The notes beneath the pieces are model-generated. The model did no database searches, was not told where the DNA came from, and was given only the letters and a program-made list of their open reading frames with translations. A program made the position numbers and the translations under genes. From NCBI GenBank assembly GCA_964649615.1, contig CAZYPW010000006.1, positions 12,635-76,634 of the forward strand: DNA of 64,000 nt, read 5' to 3'. The DNA is from an uncultured Gammaproteobacteria bacterium (GTDB lineage: Bacteria; Patescibacteriota; Microgenomatia; Daviesbacterales; UBA10151). Below are positions 29,397-38,603 of the stretch, piece after piece; the stretch's first letter is position 1, and the number at the start of each line of letters is the position of its first letter.

Positions 29397-29936
29397 TTGA
29401 TAAAATCTGCTCACAGAGGGTTCACCTTGGTGGAACTTTTGGTTGTTATTGCAATTATTGCCATTTTGGCAGCTGTGGTGGTTTTAATTATTAACCCGCT
29501 TGAATTAACAAGAAGAGGCAGGGATGCAGCAAGGCTGACAGATCTTGCTAATCTTCAAAATGCTATTAATGTAGCAGTTCAAGAATCCACAGGTTCATCT
29601 GCTGTAGCTGTTTTGTGTGTAGGATCTATTGACTATCCATGTAATGGGTCATCTCACACAGGCACAAGAGCTGCTGATGGAACAGGATGGGCTAAGGTTA
29701 ATTTGTCTTCATCACAAAGCGTTTCAGTGCCTACCTTACCACAAGATTCAACTAACTCAACTACTCTTCATTACACATACTGTGCTGATGATGATGCTTG
29801 GGAAATTGATACTGTGTTGGAGTCTGACCAACAAAAAGGTAAGATGTTGACTGATGGCGGGAATGAGGATGATAAATTTGAAGTAGGTTCCAACTTGCAG
29901 CTGATAGCTGCTTCAGGTGGAAGCTGCACATACTAA
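29397..29936 (+). CDS. pilA: Type IV pilin (probable major pilin)
   Basis: Prepilin leader and GFTLVELLVVIAIIAILAA N-methylation/cleavage motif. C-terminal Cys pair. Confidence 0.8.
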   Translation: MIKSAHRGFTLVELLVVIAIIAILAAVVVLIINPLELTRRGRDAARLTDLANLQNAINVAVQESTGSSAVAVLCVGSIDYPCNGSSHTGTRAADGTGWAKVNLSSSQSVSVPTLPQDSTNSTTLHYTYCADDDAWEIDTVLESDQQKGKMLTDGGNEDDKFEVGSNLQLIAASGGSCTY

Positions 29937-29949
29937 AGGCCAGGTTTGA

Positions 29950-30882
29950 ATGATTGTACTTTTAGGTTTTAGTTTGGGAATAGTTTTAGGTAGCTTTGTT
30001 AAGGCGCTAGCTGATAGAAGCCTATCTAATAAATCTTTTTGGGGAAGGTCGTACTGTTTAAATTGTAAGAAGAAATTACAATGGTACGACCTTTTTCCAA
30101 TACTTTCTTATCTAACTCTACAAGGCAGATGCAGATATTGTGGCAAAAAAATTGGGTTAGAGTATTTAGTGGTAGAAATTAGCATGGGAATATTAGTAGG
30201 ATTTCTGTTTTGGCAAAATCTGATTAATTTTCAATTTCTAATTTCTGCCTCCGAAGGAGGGGTGAATTATTTTCATTCAATTATCAATTATCAATTATCA
30301 ATATTTATCATTGATCTTCTGATTAAAATCTTTTTTATAAGTGTTTTAGTTGCTTTGGTATTGACAGATTTAAAGAAAATGTTAATCCCTGATCGGATAA
30401 TACTTCCAGCAATTACCCTAGGCTTTATCATGGCTGGATTGTTAGCCGCTTATAAGATTGGGTATTTATATTATCATCTATTAAATCATCCAGTAGGCAA
30501 ATATTTGCTTTTCCCCCATTCTGATTATTTTGGGCAACATGCCTTAGAATTATTGCATCCGTTTTTAACCGGTGTTTTTTCAGCTTTATTAATAGGTGGA
30601 TTTTTCTATCTTCTTATTATTATTACTAAAGGCAAAGGAATGGGTGGAGGGGATGTTAAACTGGGAGCATTCATAGGGCTAATGTTAGGTTTCCCCAACT
30701 CTTTGGTGGCTCTGATTTTGGCCTTTTTTTCTGGGGCAATAGTTTCTATACTACTGCTTGCATCAGGCAGGAAAAAAATTGGCCAGGTTATTCCCTTTGG
30801 GCCATTCTTAGTAATAGGGGCTTTAATTGCCCTTTTTTGGGGAGATAAAATATTTAACTGGTATATAAAGCTTGGGTCTTGA
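29950..30882 (+). CDS. pilD: Prepilin peptidase (A24 family)
   Basis: N-terminal CLNC...CRYC zinc motif. Eight TM segments. GGGDVKL catalytic Asp region. Confidence 0.85.
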   Translation: MIVLLGFSLGIVLGSFVKALADRSLSNKSFWGRSYCLNCKKKLQWYDLFPILSYLTLQGRCRYCGKKIGLEYLVVEISMGILVGFLFWQNLINFQFLISASEGGVNYFHSIINYQLSIFIIDLLIKIFFISVLVALVLTDLKKMLIPDRIILPAITLGFIMAGLLAAYKIGYLYYHLLNHPVGKYLLFPHSDYFGQHALELLHPFLTGVFSALLIGGFFYLLIIITKGKGMGGGDVKLGAFIGLMLGFPNSLVALILAFFSGAIVSILLLASGRKKIGQVIPFGPFLVIGALIALFWGDKIFNWYIKLGS

Positions 30883-30927
30883 CAAGAGATTTTGTTTATG
30901 ACAATGATTAGTATGTTAGTTAAATAA

Positions 30928-31377
30928 ATGAAAAGATTGCTGCCCAAATCAATTAATAATCCTGCTGGTTTTACTCTGGTTGAACTGCTGGTGGTAATAA
31001 CCATTATTGCTATTTTGTCTGTGATTGGCATGGCAGTATTTACAAATGTCCAGAAAAATGCCAGAGATGCAAGAAGAAGATCAGATATAGATGCTATTGC
31101 TAATGCTTTGGAAGTGAATAAAACAGCAACTGCTTATGTAGCTTTAGCTACTACCCACTTTTCTGATGGAGTCATACCGCAAGATCCGTTAAATGTTGCC
31201 TACTGTGCTAACACTACAGTAGATGGGCAACCAGGTAATATAACTGCCAGGGATTGCAGTGCTCCTACAGGGTGGGGTGAAGCTGGAACAACGAACCCTC
31301 CAACAGGAACTGCCTGGAAAATCTGTGCTTACCTGGAGAATCCAGTATCAGCCTATTGTAGAGTTAATGCCCAGTAA
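30928..31377 (+). CDS. Type IV pilin
   Basis: AGFTLVELLVVITIIAILS prepilin N-terminus. Confidence 0.8.
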   Translation: MKRLLPKSINNPAGFTLVELLVVITIIAILSVIGMAVFTNVQKNARDARRRSDIDAIANALEVNKTATAYVALATTHFSDGVIPQDPLNVAYCANTTVDGQPGNITARDCSAPTGWGEAGTTNPPTGTAWKICAYLENPVSAYCRVNAQ

Positions 31378-31380
31378 AAA

Positions 31381-31459
31381 CATTCCTATTTTACGAAGTG
31401 CTGGTTTTACCCTGGTTGAACTTTTGATAGTTATAACTATCATTGCTGTTTTATCTTAA
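31381..31459 (+). pseudogene. Orphan 5' fragment of a pilin gene (prepilin leader plus N-terminal helix only)
   Basis: Encodes ...SAGFTLVELLIVITIIAVLS then a stop. The last 25 nt are identical to 32522-32547 of the intact pilin gene at 32473. Confidence 0.55.
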
Positions 31460-31460
31460 A

Positions 31461-31489
31461 TTTGTAGTTTTAGGCACTTTGTCGTATAC
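31461..31489 (+). promoter_or_regulatory. Candidate sigma70-like promoter for the inserted two-gene cassette
   Basis: TTGTAG-N17-TATACT located 8 nt upstream of the ATG at 31497. Confidence 0.25.
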
Positions 31490-31496
31490 TTAAATC

Positions 31497-31790
31497 ATGC
31501 AACAAGCATCCATGAACAAGTTCGCGCCTTCGGCACTAAAACAAGCATTTTGGGATTATAACTTTAGCGAACGTCAGCTCCTGCAAAAGCTGGAAAAAGG
31601 TACAAAAGAGGAAAAGATATGGATTATAAGAAGAATTCTGGAAAATCTCCCCTTTAAATCTATATGGAGATATACAACACCTGCACAAGTAAAAGATCTC
31701 TTCCCTTATCTTCATCTCCGTCCCAAATTTAAACAAATTTGGAGTTATACTTTGTCTTTGTGGGGAAAATATGAAAAAACCTCTCACTAA
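31497..31790 (+). CDS. Small hypothetical protein, candidate antitoxin partner of the AbiEii-like gene
   Basis: 97-aa ORF that overlaps the downstream nucleotidyltransferase gene by 20 nt. Confidence 0.4.
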   Translation: MQQASMNKFAPSALKQAFWDYNFSERQLLQKLEKGTKEEKIWIIRRILENLPFKSIWRYTTPAQVKDLFPYLHLRPKFKQIWSYTLSLWGKYEKTSH

Positions 31791-32427
31791 GCTTCAAGAA
31801 GAGGTTCTTAAAAACTTTTTTGCCCAACCAATCGGAAAATCCTACTTCCTTACTGGTGGGACTGCGCTTTCTGGATTTTACTTTTACCATCGTGAGAGTA
31901 TTGATCTTGACCTTTTCACCTTTGAAACTATTGAAATTGAGCCTGTAAGACAGATATTTCAGGCTATTGCCACAAAAGCCCGTTTACTTCTTGATCACCG
32001 TGTTGCAACAGATGGATACCATAAATTTTTCCTGACAGGCAAAAATGAGGGGCTTAAAATAGACCTAGTCCAAGATCAAAAAGTGCATTTCGGTCATATT
32101 AAGACTTTTGGAAATATAAGGGTAGATTCAATAGAAAACATTGGCAGCAATAAAATTACCGCAATTTTTGGCAGAACCGAAGCGAAAGACTTTATTGATC
32201 TTTATTTTATTCTCAAAAAAAAGCTATTTACCTTCCAAAAACTATTTCAGGATGCTAAAAAAAAGGACTTGGGTCTTTCTGAATTTTATCTAGCCCACAT
32301 GCTTCTTGAAGTAAAAAATCTAAAATATTTTCCTAAAATATTAGTTTCTTTTAACAAAGAGGACTTGGAAAACTATTTTGTCTCCATGGCCAACAAACTT
32401 CTGCTAGAAACAAAACCTAAGGAATAA
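31771..32427 (+). CDS. AbiEii/AbiGii-family nucleotidyltransferase toxin (DUF1814-like)
   Basis: N-terminal FLTGGTALSGFYFYHRESIDLDLFT is the GGTAL...RxSxDxDhF signature of this family. Confidence 0.65.
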   Translation: MKKPLTKLQEEVLKNFFAQPIGKSYFLTGGTALSGFYFYHRESIDLDLFTFETIEIEPVRQIFQAIATKARLLLDHRVATDGYHKFFLTGKNEGLKIDLVQDQKVHFGHIKTFGNIRVDSIENIGSNKITAIFGRTEAKDFIDLYFILKKKLFTFQKLFQDAKKKDLGLSEFYLAHMLLEVKNLKYFPKILVSFNKEDLENYFVSMANKLLLETKPKE

Positions 32428-32472
32428 AGTGAGTTATGGCATTAGTAAGCCATAATATGTTACTTTTAAAGT

Positions 32473-32919
32473 ATGCACTCTGCCCGTGGTTTTACCTTGG
32501 TGGAACTTCTTATTGTGATAACTATCATTGCTGTTTTATCTTCCATTGGCTTGGCTACTTATACTACATTTAATAAAAATGCCAGGGATGCCAAAAGAAA
32601 AACAGATGCCAATTTTATTCAAAGCGCCCTGGAGCAATATTTTGCAGACCAGACATTTTATCCTTTAGCAGGATCAGGTAATTGTCCAACAGATGCAGAT
32701 GGGCAGTTAAGGTTTGGCTGCTCTCTAACCAATCCTGATGGATCTAAAATTTATCTTACTACTGTGCCTTCTGATTCTGACCCCAGCTCTCCTTATATTT
32801 ATGTCCCTTCTGGTAATTCTTATTGCCTTTTTGCCCAGATGGAAATTCCAGCTAATGCCAAAATTACTTCTCCCTGTACTCCCCCTGCAGGATATAACTC
32901 CTCTGTAACTAGACCATAA
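32473..32919 (+). CDS. Type IV pilin
   Basis: RGFTLVELLIVITIIAVLSS prepilin N-terminus. Confidence 0.8.
   Translation: MHSARGFTLVELLIVITIIAVLSSIGLATYTTFNKNARDAKRKTDANFIQSALEQYFADQTFYPLAGSGNCPTDADGQLRFGCSLTNPDGSKIYLTTVPSDSDPSSPYIYVPSGNSYCLFAQMEIPANAKITSPCTPPAGYNSSVTRP
32522..32547. repeat. 25-bp direct repeat ATAACTATCATTGCTGTTTTATCTT (partner at 31431-31456)
   Basis: Identical copies bracket the AbiE-like cassette. Confidence 0.85.
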
Positions 32920-33076
32920 GCTTTGGATATGCTACGCTAATCTTATGCCCACTAAGAGTTCAAAACTCAAAACTCAAAACTCAAAATTTTGGAAGAATTT
33001 ATATAATAAGTTTTCAAAGAAAACTACCAACACTTTTAACTTTAAACTTTTAACTTTTAACTTTTGGCGCAGCCAA

Positions 33077-33589
33077 ATGGGATTTACCCTCGTTGAGATT
33101 CTGGTTGTGATTGCAATTATCGGTATCATCGGGGCATATATTTTTGTTAACTTCCAAAGCAGCAAAGAAGAACAAAAGGTCCAAAAAGAACTTCTGCAGA
33201 TACAATCTACCCTTAAATTAGCTCAATCTAATGCTTCTGCTTCTGTTGTTTGTGATGATTTAGGCGGAGGTGCCCTGTGGCAAGTGGAACTCAACCCTTC
33301 ATCAGAAACAGTTAAAATAGGTTGTTTAAAAGAGGGAGAAGATCTAAGGCCTAAAAAAACCTATGCTTTAGAAACTGGTGTAAATATGACCTTTTTTTGT
33401 CCTGGGACAGGAAGCAGTTTTAGCTCAATTGTGACCATCACTTATGCCCCCTTTTCTGGTTTGCCTGCATTTGCTGGTGGAGATACTTGTGGTGTAGCAG
33501 GGTTAGGGGTTAGATTCCAAAGCGAAAAGGATTCAGCAATTTTTAAACAATTTACCATATCCTCCGGAGGAGCAGTTCAGGCAAAATAA
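33077..33589 (+). CDS. Type IV pilin / pseudopilin
   Basis: MGFTLVEILVVIAIIGIIG. The upstream part of the ORF-track ORF (32945-33076) is low-complexity AAACTCAAA repeats and was excluded. Confidence 0.7.
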   Translation: MGFTLVEILVVIAIIGIIGAYIFVNFQSSKEEQKVQKELLQIQSTLKLAQSNASASVVCDDLGGGALWQVELNPSSETVKIGCLKEGEDLRPKKTYALETGVNMTFFCPGTGSSFSSIVTITYAPFSGLPAFAGGDTCGVAGLGVRFQSEKDSAIFKQFTISSGGAVQAK

Positions 33590-33598
33590 AAATTCAAA

Positions 33599-34141
33599 AT
33601 GCAAAAGTTAAAATTACAATTCAAAAATCAAAATGGCCAGAGCCTGGTGGAACTGATTGTGGTAGCAACTGTAGCTGTAATTGTGGTGGGTGCTCTCACT
33701 TTTGCCACCATTGCAGCTTTAAGAAATGCTGCTTTCTCTAAAAACCAAACCAAGGCTACTAAGCTGGCCCAAGATGGATTAGAGAGGGTGAGGACTTCCA
33801 GGGATAGAGGCTTGGAAGTAGATCTTTTAGGCAATCCTGATAAGAAATTTTCAGATCTTTGGGGCTTGTTTTTAACAAGAGACTCTTGTAGCGATAAGCC
33901 CTGCTTGTTTGAACTAACTGCAACTGGCAGCTTACAACAAATAAACATCCCAACAGATGTGCAAGAAGTTGAGGGCCTAAGAAGATATATTGAAATTTCA
34001 GATCAAGCAGCCTGTCCCCCTTTATCTTCAAATGAATGTTATAAATTTCAAAAACAAATATCCGCTGTCGTTACCTGGACAGATTTTTCAGGTCCACATG
34101 AATCCAGATTAACAACCATTTTAAGGAACCAAAATATATGA
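33599..34141 (+). CDS. Minor pilin-like protein
   Basis: Leader MQKLKLQFKNQNG, then QSLVELIVVATVAV. Confidence 0.55.
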   Translation: MQKLKLQFKNQNGQSLVELIVVATVAVIVVGALTFATIAALRNAAFSKNQTKATKLAQDGLERVRTSRDRGLEVDLLGNPDKKFSDLWGLFLTRDSCSDKPCLFELTATGSLQQINIPTDVQEVEGLRRYIEISDQAACPPLSSNECYKFQKQISAVVTWTDFSGPHESRLTTILRNQNI

Positions 34142-34752
34142 GCAAGAATGCTTTCACATTGGTTGAAGTTTTAGTAGTATTGGGAGTTTTGTCAATTTTG
34201 GGCTTAATTGTACTGACAATTTTTACCAGATCCTTGCGGGGAACAAATAAAACTCAAATAATCCTTTCCATCAAAGAAAACGGCCAATCTGTTTTAGAAA
34301 ATATTGATAAAAATATTAGGAATGCTGATAATTTAGTCTGTGTTTCTTCTAATACTGTAGTACTATTTAAAGAAGGCACTTATACCAGATATAGAATTAG
34401 TGAGCCTCAAGATTCTTCGACCTCTCCTACATGTTCAGAGAATGGTTGCATTGCTTTTGATTCTCCCCAACCTCTTCCAGAGGAAATTACACCGGAGGAA
34501 TTTATCAACAGATTAGGCCAAAACAGAATTTGCAGTTCAACTGACCCACTTCTATCCCCCACCATCTTAACTGATACAGATGAAGAAAAAGGAGTTTTGG
34601 TAAGTAATGGCCTATTTGAATTAGACAGAAAAGAGGGTTTTAAGGATTCACTTAATGTAAAATTTACATTGGAGGCGCCGCCCGGGGCACCTGAAGCCCT
34701 AAGAGGCCAAATAGATCCTGTTATTTTTGAAACAACCATTCAATTAAGGTAA
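34138..34752 (+). CDS. Minor pilin / pseudopilin
   Basis: NAFTLVEVLVVLGVLSIL prepilin motif. Confidence 0.7.
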   Translation: MSKNAFTLVEVLVVLGVLSILGLIVLTIFTRSLRGTNKTQIILSIKENGQSVLENIDKNIRNADNLVCVSSNTVVLFKEGTYTRYRISEPQDSSTSPTCSENGCIAFDSPQPLPEEITPEEFINRLGQNRICSSTDPLLSPTILTDTDEEKGVLVSNGLFELDRKEGFKDSLNVKFTLEAPPGAPEALRGQIDPVIFETTIQLR

Positions 34753-34761
34753 GATGATTAT

Positions 34762-35634
34762 ATGAGTAAAAAAGGGCAATTAATTCTAACGCTGATTTTG
34801 GTAATGTCTGTGGCTTTAGCAGTAGGGTTATCAATAATTCAAAAAAGCCTGGTGGATATTTCCACCTCCACCAAAGTTGAGCAGTCATCCCGGGCTTTTT
34901 CTGCAGCTGAAGCAGGCATAGAAAAAGCCTTGCAGGTGGGAACTACCAGTGTTGAGTTTGAGAATAAGTCTAAGGCTGATGTAGTGGACTCTAATTTAAT
35001 TCCTTGTGTACCAGGTTCCTCCTCAACTTGTCCTCCCGGGCAGCAAGCTCCTTTGGAGTTCCCTCCCTTATCCAAAGAAGAAATAGCTCAGGTATGGTTG
35101 GCTGATTATAACTCACCTACCAATCCCCCGGCTTATCATTATAAACAAACTAGCCTGGATGTATATTGGGGTAATTCTGATGTAGATAGGGCAGCTTTAG
35201 AGTTAACTTTAGTTTATTATGATGGCAGCAAATATGACAGCAGAAAATGGTATTTAGATCACACATCTGCAAACAGAAATCCAGCCAATGGTTTTGAGGC
35301 GCTAGCTTGCAATGGCTATGATTTAGCTGGAACAGCCTATCAGTGCAAAAAAACAATTGGAGTTTCACCTGGCCTATCATTACCTGCAAATTTGATTCTT
35401 ATTCGGGCAAGAATGTTATATAACACAAACTCCCAGCCTTTTGCAGTGCAAGCTTCCTGGCCTTGTAGTATTAACCCTGTTATTAACTGCTATCTTCCAC
35501 CTCAGGCCAGAAGTTTTACTTCAGTTGGGTCCTCAGGTGAGACTCAAAGAACTGTTAAATTATTTCAGCAAAGCAAGGTAATTCCTCCTTACTTTGATTA
35601 CGCCATCTTTTCTGCTGGTGAAATAAAAAAGTGA
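34762..35634 (+). CDS. PilX-like minor pilin
   Basis: Leader MSKKG, then QLILTLILVMSVALAV, with a Cys-containing C-terminal domain. Confidence 0.5.
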   Translation: MSKKGQLILTLILVMSVALAVGLSIIQKSLVDISTSTKVEQSSRAFSAAEAGIEKALQVGTTSVEFENKSKADVVDSNLIPCVPGSSSTCPPGQQAPLEFPPLSKEEIAQVWLADYNSPTNPPAYHYKQTSLDVYWGNSDVDRAALELTLVYYDGSKYDSRKWYLDHTSANRNPANGFEALACNGYDLAGTAYQCKKTIGVSPGLSLPANLILIRARMLYNTNSQPFAVQASWPCSINPVINCYLPPQARSFTSVGSSGETQRTVKLFQQSKVIPPYFDYAIFSAGEIKK

Positions 35635-35638
35635 CAGT

Positions 35639-36037
35639 ATGAATGAACGAGGTTTTTCTTTGCTTGAAGCAATTTTAGTTATCTTTGTATCAGGAGTACT
35701 GATACTTCTAGTTGCCAACCTACCCAATGCTTTTAATTTAGTGGGAAAAAGTAAAAATGCCTCTATTGCCAGGGAAATTGCTGTTAAGCAAATTGAGGAT
35801 TTAAGGTCTATCAGTTATGACAATTTAGCCCTAGGTTCAGATGATATTACAGATAACAGAATAGCTTTATTACCCCAAGGGAACGGATCTTTTACTATTG
35901 AAGACTGCAACATCGAATTATGTGCCAATGGAGAGGAGATAAAGATGATTAAAGTTTCAATTAGTTGGAAAGAGAATACAAAAGACCAAAAAGTAGATTT
36001 AACTACTTTAATATCGCAGGGAGGCCTAAACCAATGA
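35639..36037 (+). CDS. Pseudopilin (PilV/GspH-like)
   Basis: RGFSLLEAILVIFVSGVL. Confidence 0.65.
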   Translation: MNERGFSLLEAILVIFVSGVLILLVANLPNAFNLVGKSKNASIAREIAVKQIEDLRSISYDNLALGSDDITDNRIALLPQGNGSFTIEDCNIELCANGEEIKMIKVSISWKENTKDQKVDLTTLISQGGLNQ

Positions 36038-36609
36038 AAAGTGTGGGTTTTACCCTTGCTGAAACATTAGTAGTGGTCAGTATTATTATAGTGGCAGGAC
36101 TTCTTTTGATGGGAGTGGTGGTTAATTTTACAGGGATAAGTGTTACTCAATCATCTAAAGTTTCTCAGGGAGTAAATGTTAATGATAGCTTTATGAAAAT
36201 TAGGGAAGCTGTTAAATCAGCCTCAGCCATTGCTTCCTCCTACCCTGAGAGTGGGAGTCCCATCTACACTAGTTCTTCCACCCAGTTAGTTTTAAAGCTT
36301 CCAGCAATTGATTCATCAGGCAATATTATAGAGGCAAGTTTTGATTATTTTGTTTTTGTGGTGGAAAGCAGCAGCCTGCTTTTTAAGATCTTCCCAAATG
36401 CTTTTAGCTCAAGAACTGCTCAAAATCAGGTTTTAACCACTGCTTTAGATAGTTTGCTTTTTCAGTATTTTGATAATTCCATTCCTCCACAAGAGGTTGT
36501 TCCTAATCTCTCATCTAAAATCAGGACCACTATCAACTTAAGGCAAAAAATAGGCATAGATTATCAAACATCAATTGCAACATCTGAGGCAAATTTAAGA
36601 AATGATTAG
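36034..36609 (+). CDS. Pseudopilin
   Basis: MKSVGFTLAETLVVVSIIIVAG. The ATG at 36034 is preferred over the ORF-track start at 35965. Confidence 0.65.
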   Translation: MKSVGFTLAETLVVVSIIIVAGLLLMGVVVNFTGISVTQSSKVSQGVNVNDSFMKIREAVKSASAIASSYPESGSPIYTSSSTQLVLKLPAIDSSGNIIEASFDYFVFVVESSSLLFKIFPNAFSSRTAQNQVLTTALDSLLFQYFDNSIPPQEVVPNLSSKIRTTINLRQKIGIDYQTSIATSEANLRND

Positions 36610-38452
36610 ATTAGTTCGTAGTTTTGAGTTCGTAGTTCGTAGATTTTTTACTATGAACTATGAACTAATAACTCATAACCAAAAAGGCCAGATATTGCTG
36701 ATTATTTTTGTGGTTTTAGCTGTGGTTTTATTTAGCATACTATTTATAGTTACTGGTTCTCAAATTTATTATACAAATAGTACTTACTCTAACAATGTTG
36801 AGGCAGCTAATAATTTAGCTGAGGCAGGAGTAGATAAAGCCTTAGAATCATTGAATAAAACTGGAGGTACTTATAGTGGTGAAGATGAAACTAATCTAGG
36901 AGATGGTTCTTTTTCTGTCCAAATTACCTCTAAAGATGCAGGAATAAAAATTATAGAATCAACAGGTTATATCCCTAACAAAACCAATCCAAAGGTCAAA
37001 AGAACAATCAAAATAGAAACTTCAAAAGGAGTAGGAGCGTCTTTTATCTATGGAATTCAGGTTGGAGAGGGAGGATTGGAGCTTGGCAATAATAATACAG
37101 TTTCGGGTTCAATTTATTCCAATGGAAGCATAATCATGGGTAATAATAATGACATCACCGGAGATGCTTGGGTGGCAGCCGGTATCCCTCCCACCTCTGA
37201 TCAACAAACAGATTGCCTAACATGTGTTGACTACCTTTTTGGTAAAACAATAGATGGCCAAACTAGGCTTGATGTTGCACAAAGCTTTAAACCTTCTATT
37301 ACAGATAAAATCAGGAAGGTAACTCTTAAGATTAAAAAAATAGGTAACCCTCCTGATGCCACAGTTAGAATTATGGGTGATGATAATGGAAAGCCTAAAA
37401 AGCAGGATGTATTTGCAACAGGAACTCTTTCAGGCAGTTTGGTGACAAGCGAATACGGGTGGATAGACGTAACGTTTTTCACAAATCCTACGTTATCTGC
37501 TGATACTACTTATTGGATTATGATTGATACATCATCTGATATTAATAACTTTTGGTCCTGGCAAAATGACCTTGCTCAAAGTTATAACGGTGGTGTGCCC
37601 AAATGGTCACCTAACTGGAGTGCAGGTAATCCTACCTGGAACTCTTTTTCCGGAGATTTAAGCTTTAAAACATATATGGGCGGAACAACTAATTTTATCC
37701 TATCCGGGAATGGCACCACGGTAGTAGGTGATGTTCACGCAAATACCATCGACAGGTTAATAATTGGTAAAGACGCATATTATCAAACCATCACCAATTC
37801 AACTGTCAGCGGTAGTTCTTGCCCCAATGTGAATTGTCATCCAGGATCCGAGGATCCGCCTCCCAAAACCTTTCCTATTTCAGAAGCAAACATATTAGGG
37901 TGGAAAAATGAGGCAGCCATATCAGGTTCTTTAACACAACCAACTTGTGGATCCCAAACTGCCTGGGGGCCGGGTAAATTTACCGGTAGCTTAACTTTGG
38001 GCAATCAGTGCATTATTAAGGTAAAAACCCCCATCTGGATAACTGGAGATATCACCATGGGAAATGAAAATAGGTTTATTCTTGATTCCTCTTACGGGAC
38101 AAGTTCAGGAATAATTATTACTGACGGACAAGTAGATATGGGGAATCAGAATAAGCTTTTAGGTACGGGGGAGGGAAACAGCATTTTGGTGCTTCTTTCC
38201 ACTTATGATTCAAGAACCAATAACAACAGCACCATCACAATTGGCAATATAGGCAATACAGGAGTATTTTATGCAGATAAAGGGATTATTGATCCGGGTA
38301 ATAACAACCAATTTAAGGAGATAACAGCTTGGAAAATAAAAATAACCAATGATTCAATAATAGATTATGAAACAGGTTTAGCTTCTATTCTTTTCTCATC
38401 AGGCCCTTCTGGGTCTTATTCTTTGATCAAAGGAACTTATCAGGTAAAATAA
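36602..38452 (+). CDS. Large pilin-like tip adhesin with N-terminal prepilin-type helix (possible true start at 36653)
   Basis: Leader ...NYELITHNQKG, then QILLIIFVVLAV. About 560-aa Gly/Asn/Thr-rich domain with beta-helix-like repeats (GNNN, ITGD). The first 17 codons derive from a TTCGTAG tandem repeat. Confidence 0.55.
   Translation: MIRLVRSFEFVVRRFFTMNYELITHNQKGQILLIIFVVLAVVLFSILFIVTGSQIYYTNSTYSNNVEAANNLAEAGVDKALESLNKTGGTYSGEDETNLGDGSFSVQITSKDAGIKIIESTGYIPNKTNPKVKRTIKIETSKGVGASFIYGIQVGEGGLELGNNNTVSGSIYSNGSIIMGNNNDITGDAWVAAGIPPTSDQQTDCLTCVDYLFGKTIDGQTRLDVAQSFKPSITDKIRKVTLKIKKIGNPPDATVRIMGDDNGKPKKQDVFATGTLSGSLVTSEYGWIDVTFFTNPTLSADTTYWIMIDTSSDINNFWSWQNDLAQSYNGGVPKWSPNWSAGNPTWNSFSGDLSFKTYMGGTTNFILSGNGTTVVGDVHANTIDRLIIGKDAYYQTITNSTVSGSSCPNVNCHPGSEDPPPKTFPISEANILGWKNEAAISGSLTQPTCGSQTAWGPGKFTGSLTLGNQCIIKVKTPIWITGDITMGNENRFILDSSYGTSSGIIITDGQVDMGNQNKLLGTGEGNSILVLLSTYDSRTNNNSTITIGNIGNTGVFYADKGIIDPGNNNQFKEITAWKIKITNDSIIDYETGLASILFSSGPSGSYSLIKGTYQVK
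36613..36642. repeat. TTCGTAG tandem heptamer array
   Basis: TTCGTAGTTTTGAGTTCGTAGTTCGTAG at the 5' end of the adhesin ORF. Confidence 0.7.
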
Positions 38453-38603
38453 TCTCAAAACTCAAATCGCAAAACATCAATACTGCCTTCGGCAGAACAA
38501 AACTACAACTAAAAGCTTAAATCTTTAAAGTTTTAATATTTAAGATTTAGATTTGCCATTTGACATTTAACATTTGAGATCTGACAATGAATATACTGTC
38601 CAT

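Noticed and set aside
32945-33076. N-terminal 44 aa of the ORF-track pilin ORF (MPTKSSKLKTQNSKFWKNLY...)
   Set aside because: It is encoded by AAACTCAAA and TTTTAACTTT oligo-repeats. The prepilin leader logic requires the start at MGFTLVE (33077).
35965-36033. Upstream extension of the pseudopilin ORF (MEREYKRPKSRFNYFNIAGRPKP)
   Set aside because: It overlaps the preceding pseudopilin gene. MKSVGFTLAE at 36034 gives a normal short prepilin leader.
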